This document shows positions 40,102 to 49,867 of a DNA stretch of 64,000 bases, piece after piece. The position numbers and the translations under genes were made by a program. Numbering within the stretch: the first letter of the stretch is position 1; each line of letters opens with the position of its first letter. Below the pieces are notes generated by a model that was not told the origin of the DNA, made no database searches, and saw only the letters and a program-made list of their open reading frames with translations. Source of the DNA: an uncultured Candidatus Saccharibacteria bacterium (lineage in GTDB: Bacteria; Patescibacteriota; Minisyncoccia; UBA6257; JACOXY01); assembly GCA_964357615.1 (NCBI GenBank), contig CAYHMC010000002.1, positions 71,481 to 135,480 on the forward strand, in the 5' to 3' direction.

Positions 40102-40184
40102 TGCCGGGAGGGGGACTCGAACCCCCACCCCCTTGCGAGAACCGGATTTTAAGTCCAGCGCGTCTGCCATTCCGCCATCCCGGC
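40102..40184 (-). tRNA. tRNA-Leu (anticodon TAA)
   Basis: CTGGA-CTTAAAA-TCCGG with a long variable arm. Confidence 0.92.
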
Positions 40185-40198
40185 AAAGCCTTGCTTTG

Positions 40199-40615
40199 CT
40201 ATACCGAAGGAAGAAACCTCTGTCTGGCAGTCCTCAGGTAAGCAATGGAGCTGTAAGTCAGACTGCGAATCTGGTGCGGGTGAAGCAACTCGTTCACCAC
40301 CATGCAACAGATGTGCTCGACATTCTCGCGAGCCTTGAATCTCTTCTTGCCCGCGATAGAAGACTTGAGTTGAATCGGAATCTCGCCAACATCGGTCAAA
40401 ACAAATGCATCGATTCCGTCCAGATCTTCTTCTGTCGTAGACCTTCTCACACCCAAAAACCACTTGGGCGGATGAAAATCTTCGACAAAGGCGTCGAAAA
40501 ATCTTTGTTCGTTCGTCTCCCCTCTCTCGTCTCTGATTTGGCGGAGTAGGCTTCGGATGTGGCGAACTTCGTCGCTGTGATCTTCGCCACTTGGGCCCCA
40601 CTTATGCTTTGGCAC
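40199..40615 (-). CDS. Putative PD-(D/E)XK nuclease-fold protein
   Basis: E...F helix, then ED..GID.F......IPIQLKSS; AGGGGG SD before a GTG start; GC visibly higher than the flanks. Confidence 0.6.
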   Translation of the reverse strand: MPKHKWGPSGEDHSDEVRHIRSLLRQIRDERGETNEQRFFDAFVEDFHPPKWFLGVRRSTTEEDLDGIDAFVLTDVGEIPIQLKSSIAGKKRFKARENVEHICCMVVNELLHPHQIRSLTYSSIAYLRTARQRFLPSV

Positions 40616-40650
40616 TAGAGAATACCCCCTGTTTAGATTTACTACCTGTG

Positions 40651-40678
40651 ATTATAGCACTAAATGGGAATTTGTCAA
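40651..40678 (-). promoter_or_regulatory. Near-consensus sigma70 promoter for the nuclease-tRNA operon
   Basis: TTGACA-16bp-TATAAT with extended -10 TG. Confidence 0.75.
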
Positions 40679-40685
40679 TAGTACA

Positions 40686-41444
40686 TTAGAGCCAGCCAAT
40701 TATGACTTTTTTTGTATCCTCAGGTCCTTTTACTGCAATTGTCTCAATTCCTGTTTCTATAACTGCATGGTCGTTTCCCCCTGGATAAAGCGCATCTCCA
40801 ATAAAAACCATTTCGTTAATTGGTATTTTTAAAAGTTTTTCGATTTGTCTTACACCGTACGCTTTATTAATGCCCTTCTTAGTTATATCAACAGAAGTGA
40901 GCCCTCCAGTTCTTACTTCAAACTCTGGAATTAAATCCCTCATTATCGATGCTATTTTTTGACGCAATGATTCGTTTTCTAATTTCCACTTTTCTTTTTC
41001 AAAAACTGGAGCTTTTTGACCTAAAGCTGAAAAAGTTATCTGTGTTCCTCGGTCTTCTATAATATCACCATAAACTTTTTCTGGCTGAACGTATCCAGAT
41101 TCCTCAAATGCTTTTTTAAAAGATAATTTTATTCTTTCGCGTTCATCAGGCCGCAAAACATCTGAATATACTTCTACCCAAATTCCATTGTGACATCTAT
41201 AAAAGCGAGTAGCGGTTGTGGGAAAAAGATAAAGATTCGAAAGTAAATCTTCACGGCATTGCAGATGACCTAGTAATTGCTCATTAAATTGCTTCCATGA
41301 TCCTCCCCCTATAACTGCAATTTTCTTTTTAGTTAGCAGGCCGCTTATCAAATCGCTCATCTCCTCTTCTATAACTGATTTTGATGCAGCCAAAGTGTCG
41401 TCTAAATCAAAAATTATTATTTTTTTAGATGAAATATCTATCAT
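40686..41444 (-). CDS. HAD-IIB hydrolase, phosphomannomutase-like
   Basis: FDLDDTL, EDRGTQITFS, GGLTSVD, GD...GGND. Confidence 0.85.
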   Translation of the reverse strand: MIDISSKKIIIFDLDDTLAASKSVIEEEMSDLISGLLTKKKIAVIGGGSWKQFNEQLLGHLQCREDLLSNLYLFPTTATRFYRCHNGIWVEVYSDVLRPDERERIKLSFKKAFEESGYVQPEKVYGDIIEDRGTQITFSALGQKAPVFEKEKWKLENESLRQKIASIMRDLIPEFEVRTGGLTSVDITKKGINKAYGVRQIEKLLKIPINEMVFIGDALYPGGNDHAVIETGIETIAVKGPEDTKKVIIGWL

Positions 41445-41453
41445 GATATCATT

Positions 41454-42038
41454 TTAACAAAGTTCCTCTAGTAATTCATCCCATGATTGTAACTTATTAA
41501 AATCTCCTTTCAAGTCTGTATAAGAATGAAATGGGTCGAATAAATATTTTTTAGGTACGCTTACAAGCTCTGCTATTACGCTAGGCTCATCATCAACATA
41601 ATGTGTAACTCCGATTGCCGATGCTTTTGTGTCTTTGTCTTTTTTTTCAGAAACAAAAAATGTATTTGATACATCAAAATAGTCAGGCCAAAGCCCATGG
41701 AATTTTAATGAAATTAATGCGCAATCAGATGTTTTCCTGCGAGAGATTAAAACAAATGGTATTCCAGTAGACTTGATAAAATGTAAACTTTCTTTTGCGC
41801 GAGGCATAAGCGGAGTCTTTCTTGCTAATTTAGCATCGTCATATAGCGATGTTTGCAAAGCTCGATATGCACCTTGTTCAATCTTAGTTTCCATAATATC
41901 TGACGAAGTTTCTCTAAGCGACAAATTTATACCAATTTTTTCAGCTAAATCTAATTTATTCTTTGAATGGTCCAAAATCACACCATCCAAATCAAGACCC
42001 AATATTATTTTTTTATTTTTAATTTTATTTTTTACCAT
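41454..42038 (-). CDS. HAD-superfamily hydrolase (5'-nucleotidase-like)
   Basis: GLDLDGVI, ISRR, K, YVDD, SW. Confidence 0.75.
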   Translation of the reverse strand: MVKNKIKNKKIILGLDLDGVILDHSKNKLDLAEKIGINLSLRETSSDIMETKIEQGAYRALQTSLYDDAKLARKTPLMPRAKESLHFIKSTGIPFVLISRRKTSDCALISLKFHGLWPDYFDVSNTFFVSEKKDKDTKASAIGVTHYVDDEPSVIAELVSVPKKYLFDPFHSYTDLKGDFNKLQSWDELLEELC

Positions 42039-42174
42039 TAATTAATATTTAAGCTTAAGTTACAAAAAATCTAGTAAAAACACAACTATTGAATCCATAC
42101 AAGTCTTGCGCGGTCTATAACCAATATCATACACTACAGATAGTTTATTTGTACAACAAAAAAGTGAAAACTGA

Positions 42175-42876
42175 ATGGGACATTCACCAGAATGGGAAAT
42201 TGGAAAAGACGAATTCTTAAGACGGCTTGATTTCAGCGATTCTGAATTTCAGAGAAATCTCCATTTACCAAACATTAAAAATATAAAACGAGTGGTGCCA
42301 CTAAGATATTTGCAAAATATTGCAACAGCGCCAGTGCCAATGACAATTGATATGCTCTTGAGATTTATTTCGCATATTAAAACCATGGATGGACAAAATC
42401 CCTTCAAGACACACACGGTTGAGTTAAGTAAGATTGATCCAAAACAGCTAAAGATTGGCCAAAAATTTGTTTACAGAGAAAACTATCAAGATTTATTAGA
42501 AAATCTTACAGGACTTTTTGGACGATTTGCAATTCCGTGTGGAGTATCAGAGCTTGGAGCTTATTTCATTTTTGGTAAGGATAAAGATGGCTTAGATGCG
42601 ATGGCGTGCTATACCCCACCAATTATTGAACAGCATAATTCTAGTCTTATTATTATGGATGGTATTCACCGCAGTTACATCACGAAACAACTTGGCTCAA
42701 CAATAAGCGCGCTAATTGTTAGAGGCGTTGATGTTCCCTTCCCCTGCGGACTACACTCATGGGAAGATATTGGCGTTATTAGCCTTGATGAAAAACCAAA
42801 AAATATTAATGATAGGTATTTTGAACTTGAAAAGGGATTATTTAGAGATTTGAAGTATTTCGGAATTGACGGGTGA
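42175..42876 (+). CDS. Hypothetical protein with a ParB/sulfiredoxin-like motif
   Basis: IDPKQLKIGQKFV ... PPIIE ... IIMDGIHR. Confidence 0.55.
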   Translation: MGHSPEWEIGKDEFLRRLDFSDSEFQRNLHLPNIKNIKRVVPLRYLQNIATAPVPMTIDMLLRFISHIKTMDGQNPFKTHTVELSKIDPKQLKIGQKFVYRENYQDLLENLTGLFGRFAIPCGVSELGAYFIFGKDKDGLDAMACYTPPIIEQHNSSLIIMDGIHRSYITKQLGSTISALIVRGVDVPFPCGLHSWEDIGVISLDEKPKNINDRYFELEKGLFRDLKYFGIDG

Positions 42877-42886
42877 GGAGAGAAAA

Positions 42887-43609
42887 ATGACGGAAAGAAA
42901 AATAGAACAACACTTTGAAGATCAAGCTCAAAGAATTCTTGAATACCTAAAAACTAAAATAAGATATGACCACGATTTTATACCGAGACCATTTCTTATT
43001 GAATTTACTGGGTCACCATCATCTGGAAAAACTACTTGCATTACAGAGCTAGATAAATTTCTTAGACGACAAGGCTTCAGAGTACTTAGGCCACAAGAAG
43101 GTGCAGAGGTAATTCGCCACATACCAAGAACTACTCCAGAATATAATATTCGCACAGCGCTTTATGCTCTTTCGATGGTTATAGATTATAGCTATGGACA
43201 CACATATGATGTAGTAATTTTTGACAGAGGACTTTTTGACTCCTATGTCTGGATGGAATACTGGCAAGAAAAAAGCAAATTGAATGAATCTGAAAAAGCT
43301 TTGATTCAATCATTTTTTCTTTCAAAAATCTGGATTCAAAGACTTGATATCGCCTATATCGTGACTTGCGATGCAGAAGTTGCAATGCAACGAGAAATGA
43401 AAATTGCTCTAAGTAGTAAATTAGGAGAAACAAGCAACCCAGAAACTATGCGTACTTTAGCTAAAAGATATGATGATGCATATGCAATACTTAAGCCAGA
43501 TTACAATCAGCTCCAATTAATTAATACTACTAATTTACCAGAAGACGAAATGGTGCAAATGATAGCAAGAAATACCCTCGATATACTCGAAGGAAAAATT
43601 AAACGATAA
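42887..43609 (+). CDS. Thymidylate/deoxynucleotide kinase-like P-loop protein
   Basis: IEFTGSPSSGKTT, IFDRG, AMQRE lid; GAGGAG SD before the ATG at 42887. Confidence 0.75.
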   Translation: MTERKIEQHFEDQAQRILEYLKTKIRYDHDFIPRPFLIEFTGSPSSGKTTCITELDKFLRRQGFRVLRPQEGAEVIRHIPRTTPEYNIRTALYALSMVIDYSYGHTYDVVIFDRGLFDSYVWMEYWQEKSKLNESEKALIQSFFLSKIWIQRLDIAYIVTCDAEVAMQREMKIALSSKLGETSNPETMRTLAKRYDDAYAILKPDYNQLQLINTTNLPEDEMVQMIARNTLDILEGKIKR

Positions 43610-43633
43610 AACCTCGCTATGCGAGGTTTTTTT
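43607..43633 (+). terminator. Intrinsic terminator
   Basis: AAAACCTCGC-TAT-GCGAGGTTTTTTT. Confidence 0.8.
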
Positions 43634-43644
43634 ATACAAAGGTA

Positions 43645-43750
43645 ATCCTTCACTTAGTTCGGCTTAGTCGACCATGTGTCGTCTTTCTCGCTCAGGATAT
43701 TTTAACCCACTTTGATAACCTCGGGGCAAGCCCCGAGGTATTGTAGGTTA
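43645..43750. repeat. REP-like palindromes
   Basis: ATCCTTC...GCTCAGGAT and ACCTCGGG-GCAAGC-CCCGAGGT hairpin (43718-43739). Confidence 0.55.
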
Positions 43751-43804
43751 AAATAAATAACTTATATTGAAATAACTCTTTATTTCTCATACAATAAAGT
43801 CATT

Positions 43805-45928
43805 ATGGGGCGCCGAAAAAAAATTGAGGAAGAAGACGAGGAGAGTTGGCTTCAAGGCGAAGTTGGCCATTTTTTTGAACTTCATGCTGACGCTAAAAAA
43901 AGTATTGCAGCAATATTATTTTTTGGCATAGGAATACTTTTGATACTTTCTAGTTTGAGCAAAGCAGGTCCTGCGGGCGACTTTATTTATAATCAGTTTA
44001 GCAATCTTTTTGGATGGGGTTATTTTATAATGCCGACTCTTCTTATTGTCACTGCATTTATTTTTATAATGGCTGACAGAAAACGAGTAGTTGGCGTTAC
44101 AGTTATAGGTTCATTATTTTTATTTATATCTTCTCTCGGAATAATTGATATTATCTCTCCAGCTGACGGTGGTCTTCTTGGTCAAGCAATTGGAACAATT
44201 AAAATTCCTTTCGGCAACACTGCTGCTTTAGTTGTTACGATTTCTATTTTTTTGGCATCAGTTATTGCAACATTTAATACTCCAATAAAACTAAAAAATC
44301 CTTTCAGCTATTTTACCGCAACGCCAGCGCCTGCCCTTACTGCAAATGAAGAAAAGCATATCGAAGAAGCAACAGAAAATTCTTCTGACGAAGATGGTGA
44401 CGACGAAGAAGACGCCGATGACGAAAATGATAAAGAAGAACAAGATGACGAAGAGAAAAATCAAGAAAGTACTTCAATTTTTGGATTTAAGAAAAAAGCC
44501 ATCAAGCTAACTCCTTATGAGGGAGCATATGTATTCCCCCCTCTTTCTCTTTTGAAATCGTCTATAGAAAAACCAACTTCTGGTGACCTTAGAGCAAATG
44601 CAAACATCATAAAAAGAACTCTTGAATCTTTTGGCGTACCAGTAGAAATGGGTGAAATAAGTGTTGGCCCAAAAGTTACCCGATATACCCTAAAACCCGC
44701 AGAGGGAGTAAAAATCGCTCGAATAAATGCATTAAATCAAGATCTTGCGCTTGCGCTCGCCGCACATCCAATTCGTATAGAGGCACCGATACCAGGAAAA
44801 TCATTGGTTGGAATAGAAGTACCAAATAAATCGGCGGCGGTTGTCAGACTTGGAAGCATGGTGAATTATAAAGAATTTATGGAAATTGGCCCCCTATCTT
44901 TTATACTTGGTCGAGATGTAACTGGAAATCCCGTTATGGCTGACATAACAAAAATGCCACACTTGCTAATAGCTGGCGCAACTGGCAGTGGAAAAAGCGT
45001 TGCAATACATTCTTTAATTCTTTCTCTTCTTTATAAAAATTCACCAGAAACTCTCCGCCTTGTAATGATTGATCCAAAACGAGTGGAACTTACTATCTAC
45101 AATGGATTACCCCACTTGGTTTCTGCGGTTGTAACAGACGCTAAAAAAACTACAAATGTTTTTAAGTGGGCAATCAGCGAAATGGAAGATAGATATAAAA
45201 AATTAGAGATTGCCGGAAATCGTGATATAAAAAGTTACAATGCTAATAAAAATAATAAACCACTCCCGTATGTTGTGATATTAATCGACGAGCTAGCAGA
45301 CCTTATGTCGTCTCATGGAAAAGTTATAGAAAGCTCAATAGTTAGAATTGCTCAAATGGCTAGAGCAACGGGCATACACTTAGTACTTGCGACTCAAAGG
45401 CCTTCAGTTGAAGTTATAACGGGGCTAATAAAAGCAAACATTACTTCTCGTATGGCACTTCAAGTTGCAAGTCAAATAGATTCGCGAACTATACTAGACA
45501 CATCTGGCGCAGAAAAACTTTTAGGTGGTGGGGATATGCTTTTTATATCTTCTGATTTTTCAAAACCAAAACGGGTACAGGGCGCCTATGTAAGCGAAGA
45601 TGAAATTAGAGCTGTGGCTGATTTTATAAAAGATAAAAACGAAGGTCTTGCGCCAGAAGAAGACGAAATTGAGTTAAATGCCGAAAAAGAAAAAGGTGAT
45701 ATTTTTGATGACTATGGTGGTGAAGATGGAGAAGACGACGAATTATATGACGAAGCACTCGATTTAGTTCGCAGATCTAAAAAAGCATCTTCTTCGTTGC
45801 TACAGAGACACCTAAAAGTTGGATATGTGCGCGCGGCGCGCTTAATGGATATAATGGAATCTCGTGGAGCCATTGGGCCGGGAGACGGAGCAAAACCAAG
45901 AGAAGTTTTTATTGAAACCGAAGATTAA
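43805..45928 (+). CDS. ftsK: DNA translocase FtsK/SpoIIIE
   Basis: 4-TM N-domain, GATGSGKS, DELADLM, ATQRPS, gamma domain LQRHLKVGY. Confidence 0.95.
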   Translation: MGRRKKIEEEDEESWLQGEVGHFFELHADAKKSIAAILFFGIGILLILSSLSKAGPAGDFIYNQFSNLFGWGYFIMPTLLIVTAFIFIMADRKRVVGVTVIGSLFLFISSLGIIDIISPADGGLLGQAIGTIKIPFGNTAALVVTISIFLASVIATFNTPIKLKNPFSYFTATPAPALTANEEKHIEEATENSSDEDGDDEEDADDENDKEEQDDEEKNQESTSIFGFKKKAIKLTPYEGAYVFPPLSLLKSSIEKPTSGDLRANANIIKRTLESFGVPVEMGEISVGPKVTRYTLKPAEGVKIARINALNQDLALALAAHPIRIEAPIPGKSLVGIEVPNKSAAVVRLGSMVNYKEFMEIGPLSFILGRDVTGNPVMADITKMPHLLIAGATGSGKSVAIHSLILSLLYKNSPETLRLVMIDPKRVELTIYNGLPHLVSAVVTDAKKTTNVFKWAISEMEDRYKKLEIAGNRDIKSYNANKNNKPLPYVVILIDELADLMSSHGKVIESSIVRIAQMARATGIHLVLATQRPSVEVITGLIKANITSRMALQVASQIDSRTILDTSGAEKLLGGGDMLFISSDFSKPKRVQGAYVSEDEIRAVADFIKDKNEGLAPEEDEIELNAEKEKGDIFDDYGGEDGEDDELYDEALDLVRRSKKASSSLLQRHLKVGYVRAARLMDIMESRGAIGPGDGAKPREVFIETED

Positions 45929-46056
45929 TTCTCTCGAAATCACTACAACTTTATAATTGCAAGAACCTCTCATCAATCATTGCTAATTAGGTAAATTCTA
46001 GCTATAAATCATTATAGGCATAAGCTAATCAAGATTAAGATTCTATTTAAATGAAT

Positions 46057-46183
46057 CCCGTACGAAATAGCGGACGCAAATCAAATTTATTAAAAATACA
46101 AAGATGTTTACAAAAATATTAAAAAATATTAAAAATAATAGTTCACGCCATGCCACAAGCGTTCGCGTCCTATTTCGTACGAG
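46057..46183. mobile_element. CCCG-arm mini-element, copy 3
   Basis: Arms CCCGTACGAAA / TTTCGTACGAG; ATGAAT on both flanks. Confidence 0.7.
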
Positions 46184-46858
46184 ATGAATACAGAAAAAGA
46201 TTTCAAAACACTTTTTAATGAACTTTTACACAATTACGGATTGGGCTTATCTAAACTTGCTGATGCAACCGCGATTCCAGAACGCTTCTTAGAAGCTATG
46301 CGTGCTGGCAATGATTCAATACTCCCACCAGACCCTTATGTTAGAGGCTACTTAGTAAAAATTATAGCTCTTACGGGTGGAAACATCGAAGAATTAATGT
46401 CTGCTTATAAACGCGAAAATTTTAAAAAAACTTCAGGTGCATCTGACAGACTGCCGTTTAATAGATTCTCTTTAAGGAAATTGAGCAAAGGAAGGGTTGC
46501 TCTTGTTTTCATTATTTTATTGATTATTGTATACGGAATAATTCGAAGAGACACCATAATTGGAAATCCAAAATTAGTGGTGCACCTACCAAAAGAAACA
46601 CAAACTTATACCAGCATAAATACCGTACTCATAACTGGCGAAGTAAATACTAGCGATAAACTAACCATAAATGGAGAAAATGTGATTATTCAGTCTGATG
46701 GGACTTTTAGTTCAACTTGGCCACTAACAAATGGCTTAAATAATATTGAAATTAAAGCTAAGCGCTTTTTAGGAAAGGAAGTGATTGAAAATAAAAGTGT
46801 TATATATACACCCACAGAAAACAATAATATCTTTAATAGCTCAAGCACAGTTTTATAG
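46184..46858 (+). CDS. RodZ-like protein (HTH, TM, Ig-like domain)
   Basis: LP..PYVRGYL HTH_25-type motif, one TM segment, beta-rich C-terminus; between ftsK and recA. Confidence 0.75.
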   Translation: MNTEKDFKTLFNELLHNYGLGLSKLADATAIPERFLEAMRAGNDSILPPDPYVRGYLVKIIALTGGNIEELMSAYKRENFKKTSGASDRLPFNRFSLRKLSKGRVALVFIILLIIVYGIIRRDTIIGNPKLVVHLPKETQTYTSINTVLITGEVNTSDKLTINGENVIIQSDGTFSSTWPLTNGLNNIEIKAKRFLGKEVIENKSVIYTPTENNNIFNSSSTVL

Positions 46859-47020
46859 ACTTTACATTCACATCAGAGATAGGATATTATAACACCAATA
46901 TTAAAATTCATATTTTTAATCTTCAATTTACAAAATTTTTGATACCATCAATTTTTTTAAAAGAATTGAAAGTTTGGTAATTAAATAGAAATTATAAATT
47001 GTTGATATAAATTAAATCTA

Positions 47021-48055
47021 ATGCCAAAACAAAAAGATAGCGAGATAAGCAAAAAAGCAGAAAAAAATAATTCTGAACAAGATTTAGAAAAGTTGATGAC
47101 TTCGCTTCAAGAAAAATTTGGCGAAGGTTCAATAATGAAACTTGGTGATGTAAGGAAAGTAGACATCGACTCAATTCCAACTGGTTCATTCTCGCTTGAT
47201 CTTGCGCTTGGAATTGGCGGACTTCCAAAGGGAAGAATCATTGAAATTTTTGGTCCAGAGTCTTCTGGAAAAACAACTCTCGCTTTAAATGTTATTGCTC
47301 AAGCACAAAAAAAAGGTGGCAAGACAGCTTTTATAGATGCGGAACATGCTATGGATCCAGAGTACGCTAAAAAACTTGGTGTCAAAGTTAATGATTTACT
47401 AATATCGCAACCGGACAGTGGAGAAGAAGCATTAAATATTTTAGAATCTTTAGTTCGCGCCAACATTATTGATGTTGTAGTTGTAGATTCTGTCGCAGCG
47501 CTTACACCACAAAAAGAAATTGAGGGTGAAATGGGCGCTCAATTTATGGGACTTCAAGCAAGGATGATGTCTCAAGCACTTCGTAAACTCACTGCCATTT
47601 CTGCAAAATCTGGAACTATGGTTATTTTTATAAATCAGCTAAGGGAGAAAATTGGAATTATGTTTGGAAATCCGGAGACTACTCCAGGAGGGAGGGCACT
47701 AAAATTTTATTCATCTGTTAGAATCGATGTCCGCAGGATAGCTTGGGTTAAAAAGGGAGAAGAAGTTATAGGAAGTCGCGTAAAAGTTAAGGTAGTAAAA
47801 AATAAAGTTGCGGCGCCATTCAAAACAGCTGAATTTGATATTTTATTCGGCGATGGCATTTCCTATGAAGGCGATGTTTTAAACGCGGCTATTGAGAAGG
47901 GTGTCGTTACAAAATCTGGCGCGAGCTATTCATACGAAGGAGAAAAACTTGGTCATGGTTTTGATAATGTAATCTCAAAACTCAAAGAAGACAAAAAACT
48001 ACTTGGCGAAATAAAGAAAAAGGCATCCGCTACGAAACCAGAAACAAAGGAATAA
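47021..48055 (+). CDS. recA: Recombinase A
   Basis: [33 protein letters not shown]. Confidence 0.98.
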   Translation: MPKQKDSEISKKAEKNNSEQDLEKLMTSLQEKFGEGSIMKLGDVRKVDIDSIPTGSFSLDLALGIGGLPKGRIIEIFGPESSGKTTLALNVIAQAQKKGGKTAFIDAEHAMDPEYAKKLGVKVNDLLISQPDSGEEALNILESLVRANIIDVVVVDSVAALTPQKEIEGEMGAQFMGLQARMMSQALRKLTAISAKSGTMVIFINQLREKIGIMFGNPETTPGGRALKFYSSVRIDVRRIAWVKKGEEVIGSRVKVKVVKNKVAAPFKTAEFDILFGDGISYEGDVLNAAIEKGVVTKSGASYSYEGEKLGHGFDNVISKLKEDKKLLGEIKKKASATKPETKE

Positions 48056-48088
48056 TATTAAATAGAATTTTCAAAAAAGAACATAATT

Positions 48089-48505
48089 TTGCATTATGTT
48101 CTTTTTTTATATATTCTAAGATTAGCAATCGATAAGAATCTTGGTGCTATAATGCAAATTGTAGAAGGATATGGTTTAAAGGACTTGGTTCACGCAGTAA
48201 GACAAACTAAGTGGACACCCTGCAGTCCAAACGGAGAACATTTTATGGGAATTGATTTTAAGGGTAATCTCTTGGTAAGTGACCCTGATATTATTTTTCC
48301 ACAAAAATATCGCGCTATTTTTCATGAAATTCCAAGGGGGTCTGGTGATGAATTTATTCTAGAAGGATTTCAAATGGAAAACCTTCTGGATTATTTAAAG
48401 CTTAAACAAAATATTCCCATAAGCTTTGGGGATTCCTCGTTCGTTTTGGAATCTAATAATAACATCTATTCAATCGCTTATAGACTTCTTCTAGATAAAA
48501 TCTAA
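48089..48505 (+). CDS. Hypothetical protein (true start probably downstream)
   Basis: ORF followed by the AAAAAGGCCAATGGCCTTTTT hairpin. Confidence 0.5.
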   Translation: MHYVLFLYILRLAIDKNLGAIMQIVEGYGLKDLVHAVRQTKWTPCSPNGEHFMGIDFKGNLLVSDPDIIFPQKYRAIFHEIPRGSGDEFILEGFQMENLLDYLKLKQNIPISFGDSSFVLESNNNIYSIAYRLLLDKI

Positions 48506-48540
48506 AAAGGCCAATGGCCTTTTTTCTAATAGATATTTAC

Positions 48541-48642
48541 TCCGCTAGAAATAAAATACCCCGCGGTCTACCGTAAAGATTAATACTCACCCAATCACAC
48601 AACGAACGCAAAATTTAAAACGCATCGCGAGCTTCTAGCGAG
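48541..48642. mobile_element. CCCG-arm mini-element, copy 4 (diverged)
   Basis: Arms TCCGCTAGAAA / CTTCTAGCGAG; ATTTAC on both flanks. Confidence 0.6.
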
Positions 48643-48678
48643 ATTTACTCTTTAAAATTATTTTCTGATAATTTATAA

Positions 48679-48820
48679 CCAGCGCACCAAATTCCGAATA
48701 ATATTTACAATAACTTTTTATTTTTTTCACGGAAATCGCCTCAACTCGTAAAACTTGAGTTGATTTAGTTTCGGCTTCACACAACTTAATTTTATATCTT
48801 AATCTAGAATTGGTGCGGGG
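48679..48820. repeat. Related mini-element with GCACCAA/TTGGTGC arms
   Basis: CCAGCGCACCAAATTC ... GAATTGGTGCGGGG; inner hairpin TCAACTC/GAGTTGA. Confidence 0.55.
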
Positions 48821-48841
48821 TTTGTGTTTGGTAAACCGCGA

Positions 48842-49663
48842 TCAATCTCTGGGTGATTGAGTTGCAGACAAAACATAAAAATTTTCCAAAAGCTTTGCCA
48901 CTAATATTGGGCCGGTACCCCCTGGAGTTGGGGTATAAGAAATCGATTGTAAATTTTGATTATTAATTAATAATGATGAATCAAAATCTCCTATGCCATT
49001 TTTATAGCCAAAATCAATTATAATTGCTTCGTCTTTTAGCATGTCTGGTTTTACAATTCCGCCACCACCAACTCCCGTAATAATTAAATCAGCCTCGCGA
49101 AGCAATAAAAAATCACTACCTTCGTCAAATAAAATTATTTCTTTAGCCTTGCCTTCGAGCCAAGTTGAAATTGGTTTACCAACCAGAAATCCAAGGCCAA
49201 CAACTGCAACTTTAAAAGTTTGCAGTTCCAAATTTAAAGCTTTTATAATTTCAGCGACCGTAGCCACAGCAGGTGGTAAAACTAAATTTCGTCCTGTATA
49301 AAAAGCGCCGAGCGATCTCTCTCCTAAAACATCAATATCTTTCTCTCTTGGTATAACATTTAAAATATAATGTTTATTTATATGACTTGGAAGTGGAAGT
49401 TGCACTAATACACCACCGCAAGTTTTGTGTTGCGATATTTTTAAAACTTCTCCTCTCAGCTCATCATTTTTTATATTTTCATCAAAATTATATAACCTAA
49501 AATCAATTCCAAGAACTTTTGCTGTTTTTTCTTTTTGTTTTAAAAAACTTATTGAGGAGTGATCTTTGCCAACTAAAATAGCAGCTAGAAACTTTTTGGG
49601 AGTAGGCTTATTCTTAAGACTATTTATTAAATTTTCTGATATTTTTTTTCCGTCGATTATCAT
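48842..49663 (-). CDS. folD: Bifunctional methylenetetrahydrofolate dehydrogenase/cyclohydrolase
   Basis: IIDGK, VQLPLP, KDID, VGKP, TPTPGGTGP. Confidence 0.92.
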   Translation of the reverse strand: MIIDGKKISENLINSLKNKPTPKKFLAAILVGKDHSSISFLKQKEKTAKVLGIDFRLYNFDENIKNDELRGEVLKISQHKTCGGVLVQLPLPSHINKHYILNVIPREKDIDVLGERSLGAFYTGRNLVLPPAVATVAEIIKALNLELQTFKVAVVGLGFLVGKPISTWLEGKAKEIILFDEGSDFLLLREADLIITGVGGGGIVKPDMLKDEAIIIDFGYKNGIGDFDSSLLINNQNLQSISYTPTPGGTGPILVAKLLENFYVLSATQSPRD

Positions 49664-49709
49664 ATTTATTAGTGTCCTGCATCAGGTATTGACTGTCAAG
49701 CAAATAAAC

Positions 49710-49805
49710 TTCGTTAGAAATTCACGCAAGAATTTAAATGCTTAGATTAAATTTTGCATTAGATAACAATCCAGCCTTCGGTAGAGAATTATTATTTCTT
49801 AGGAA
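49710..49805. mobile_element. CCCG-arm mini-element, degenerate copy
   Basis: Arms TTCGTTAGAAA / TTTCTTAGGAA; flanks ATAAAC / ATAAAA. Confidence 0.4.
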
Positions 49806-49814
49806 ATAAAATAG

Positions 49815-49852
49815 AAAAAAGCCCGCCGTCCGGTATGGTCCGGTACGGCGGG
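49815..49852 (-). terminator. Terminator of the high-GC cassette
   Basis: CCCGCCGT..ACGGCGGG hairpin followed by a T-tract on the minus strand. Confidence 0.7.
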
Positions 49853-49867
49853 TGTAGATTGAATGCG

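Noticed and set aside
39988-40601. ORFs 39988..40170, 40133..40549 and 40149..40601
   Set aside because: They overlap tRNA genes or are alternative frames of the SD-led 40199..40615 ORF in GC-rich DNA
42175-42876. Chromosome-partitioning ParB
   Set aside because: No ParA, no recognisable HTH or dimerisation region and no canonical GxRR arginine patch
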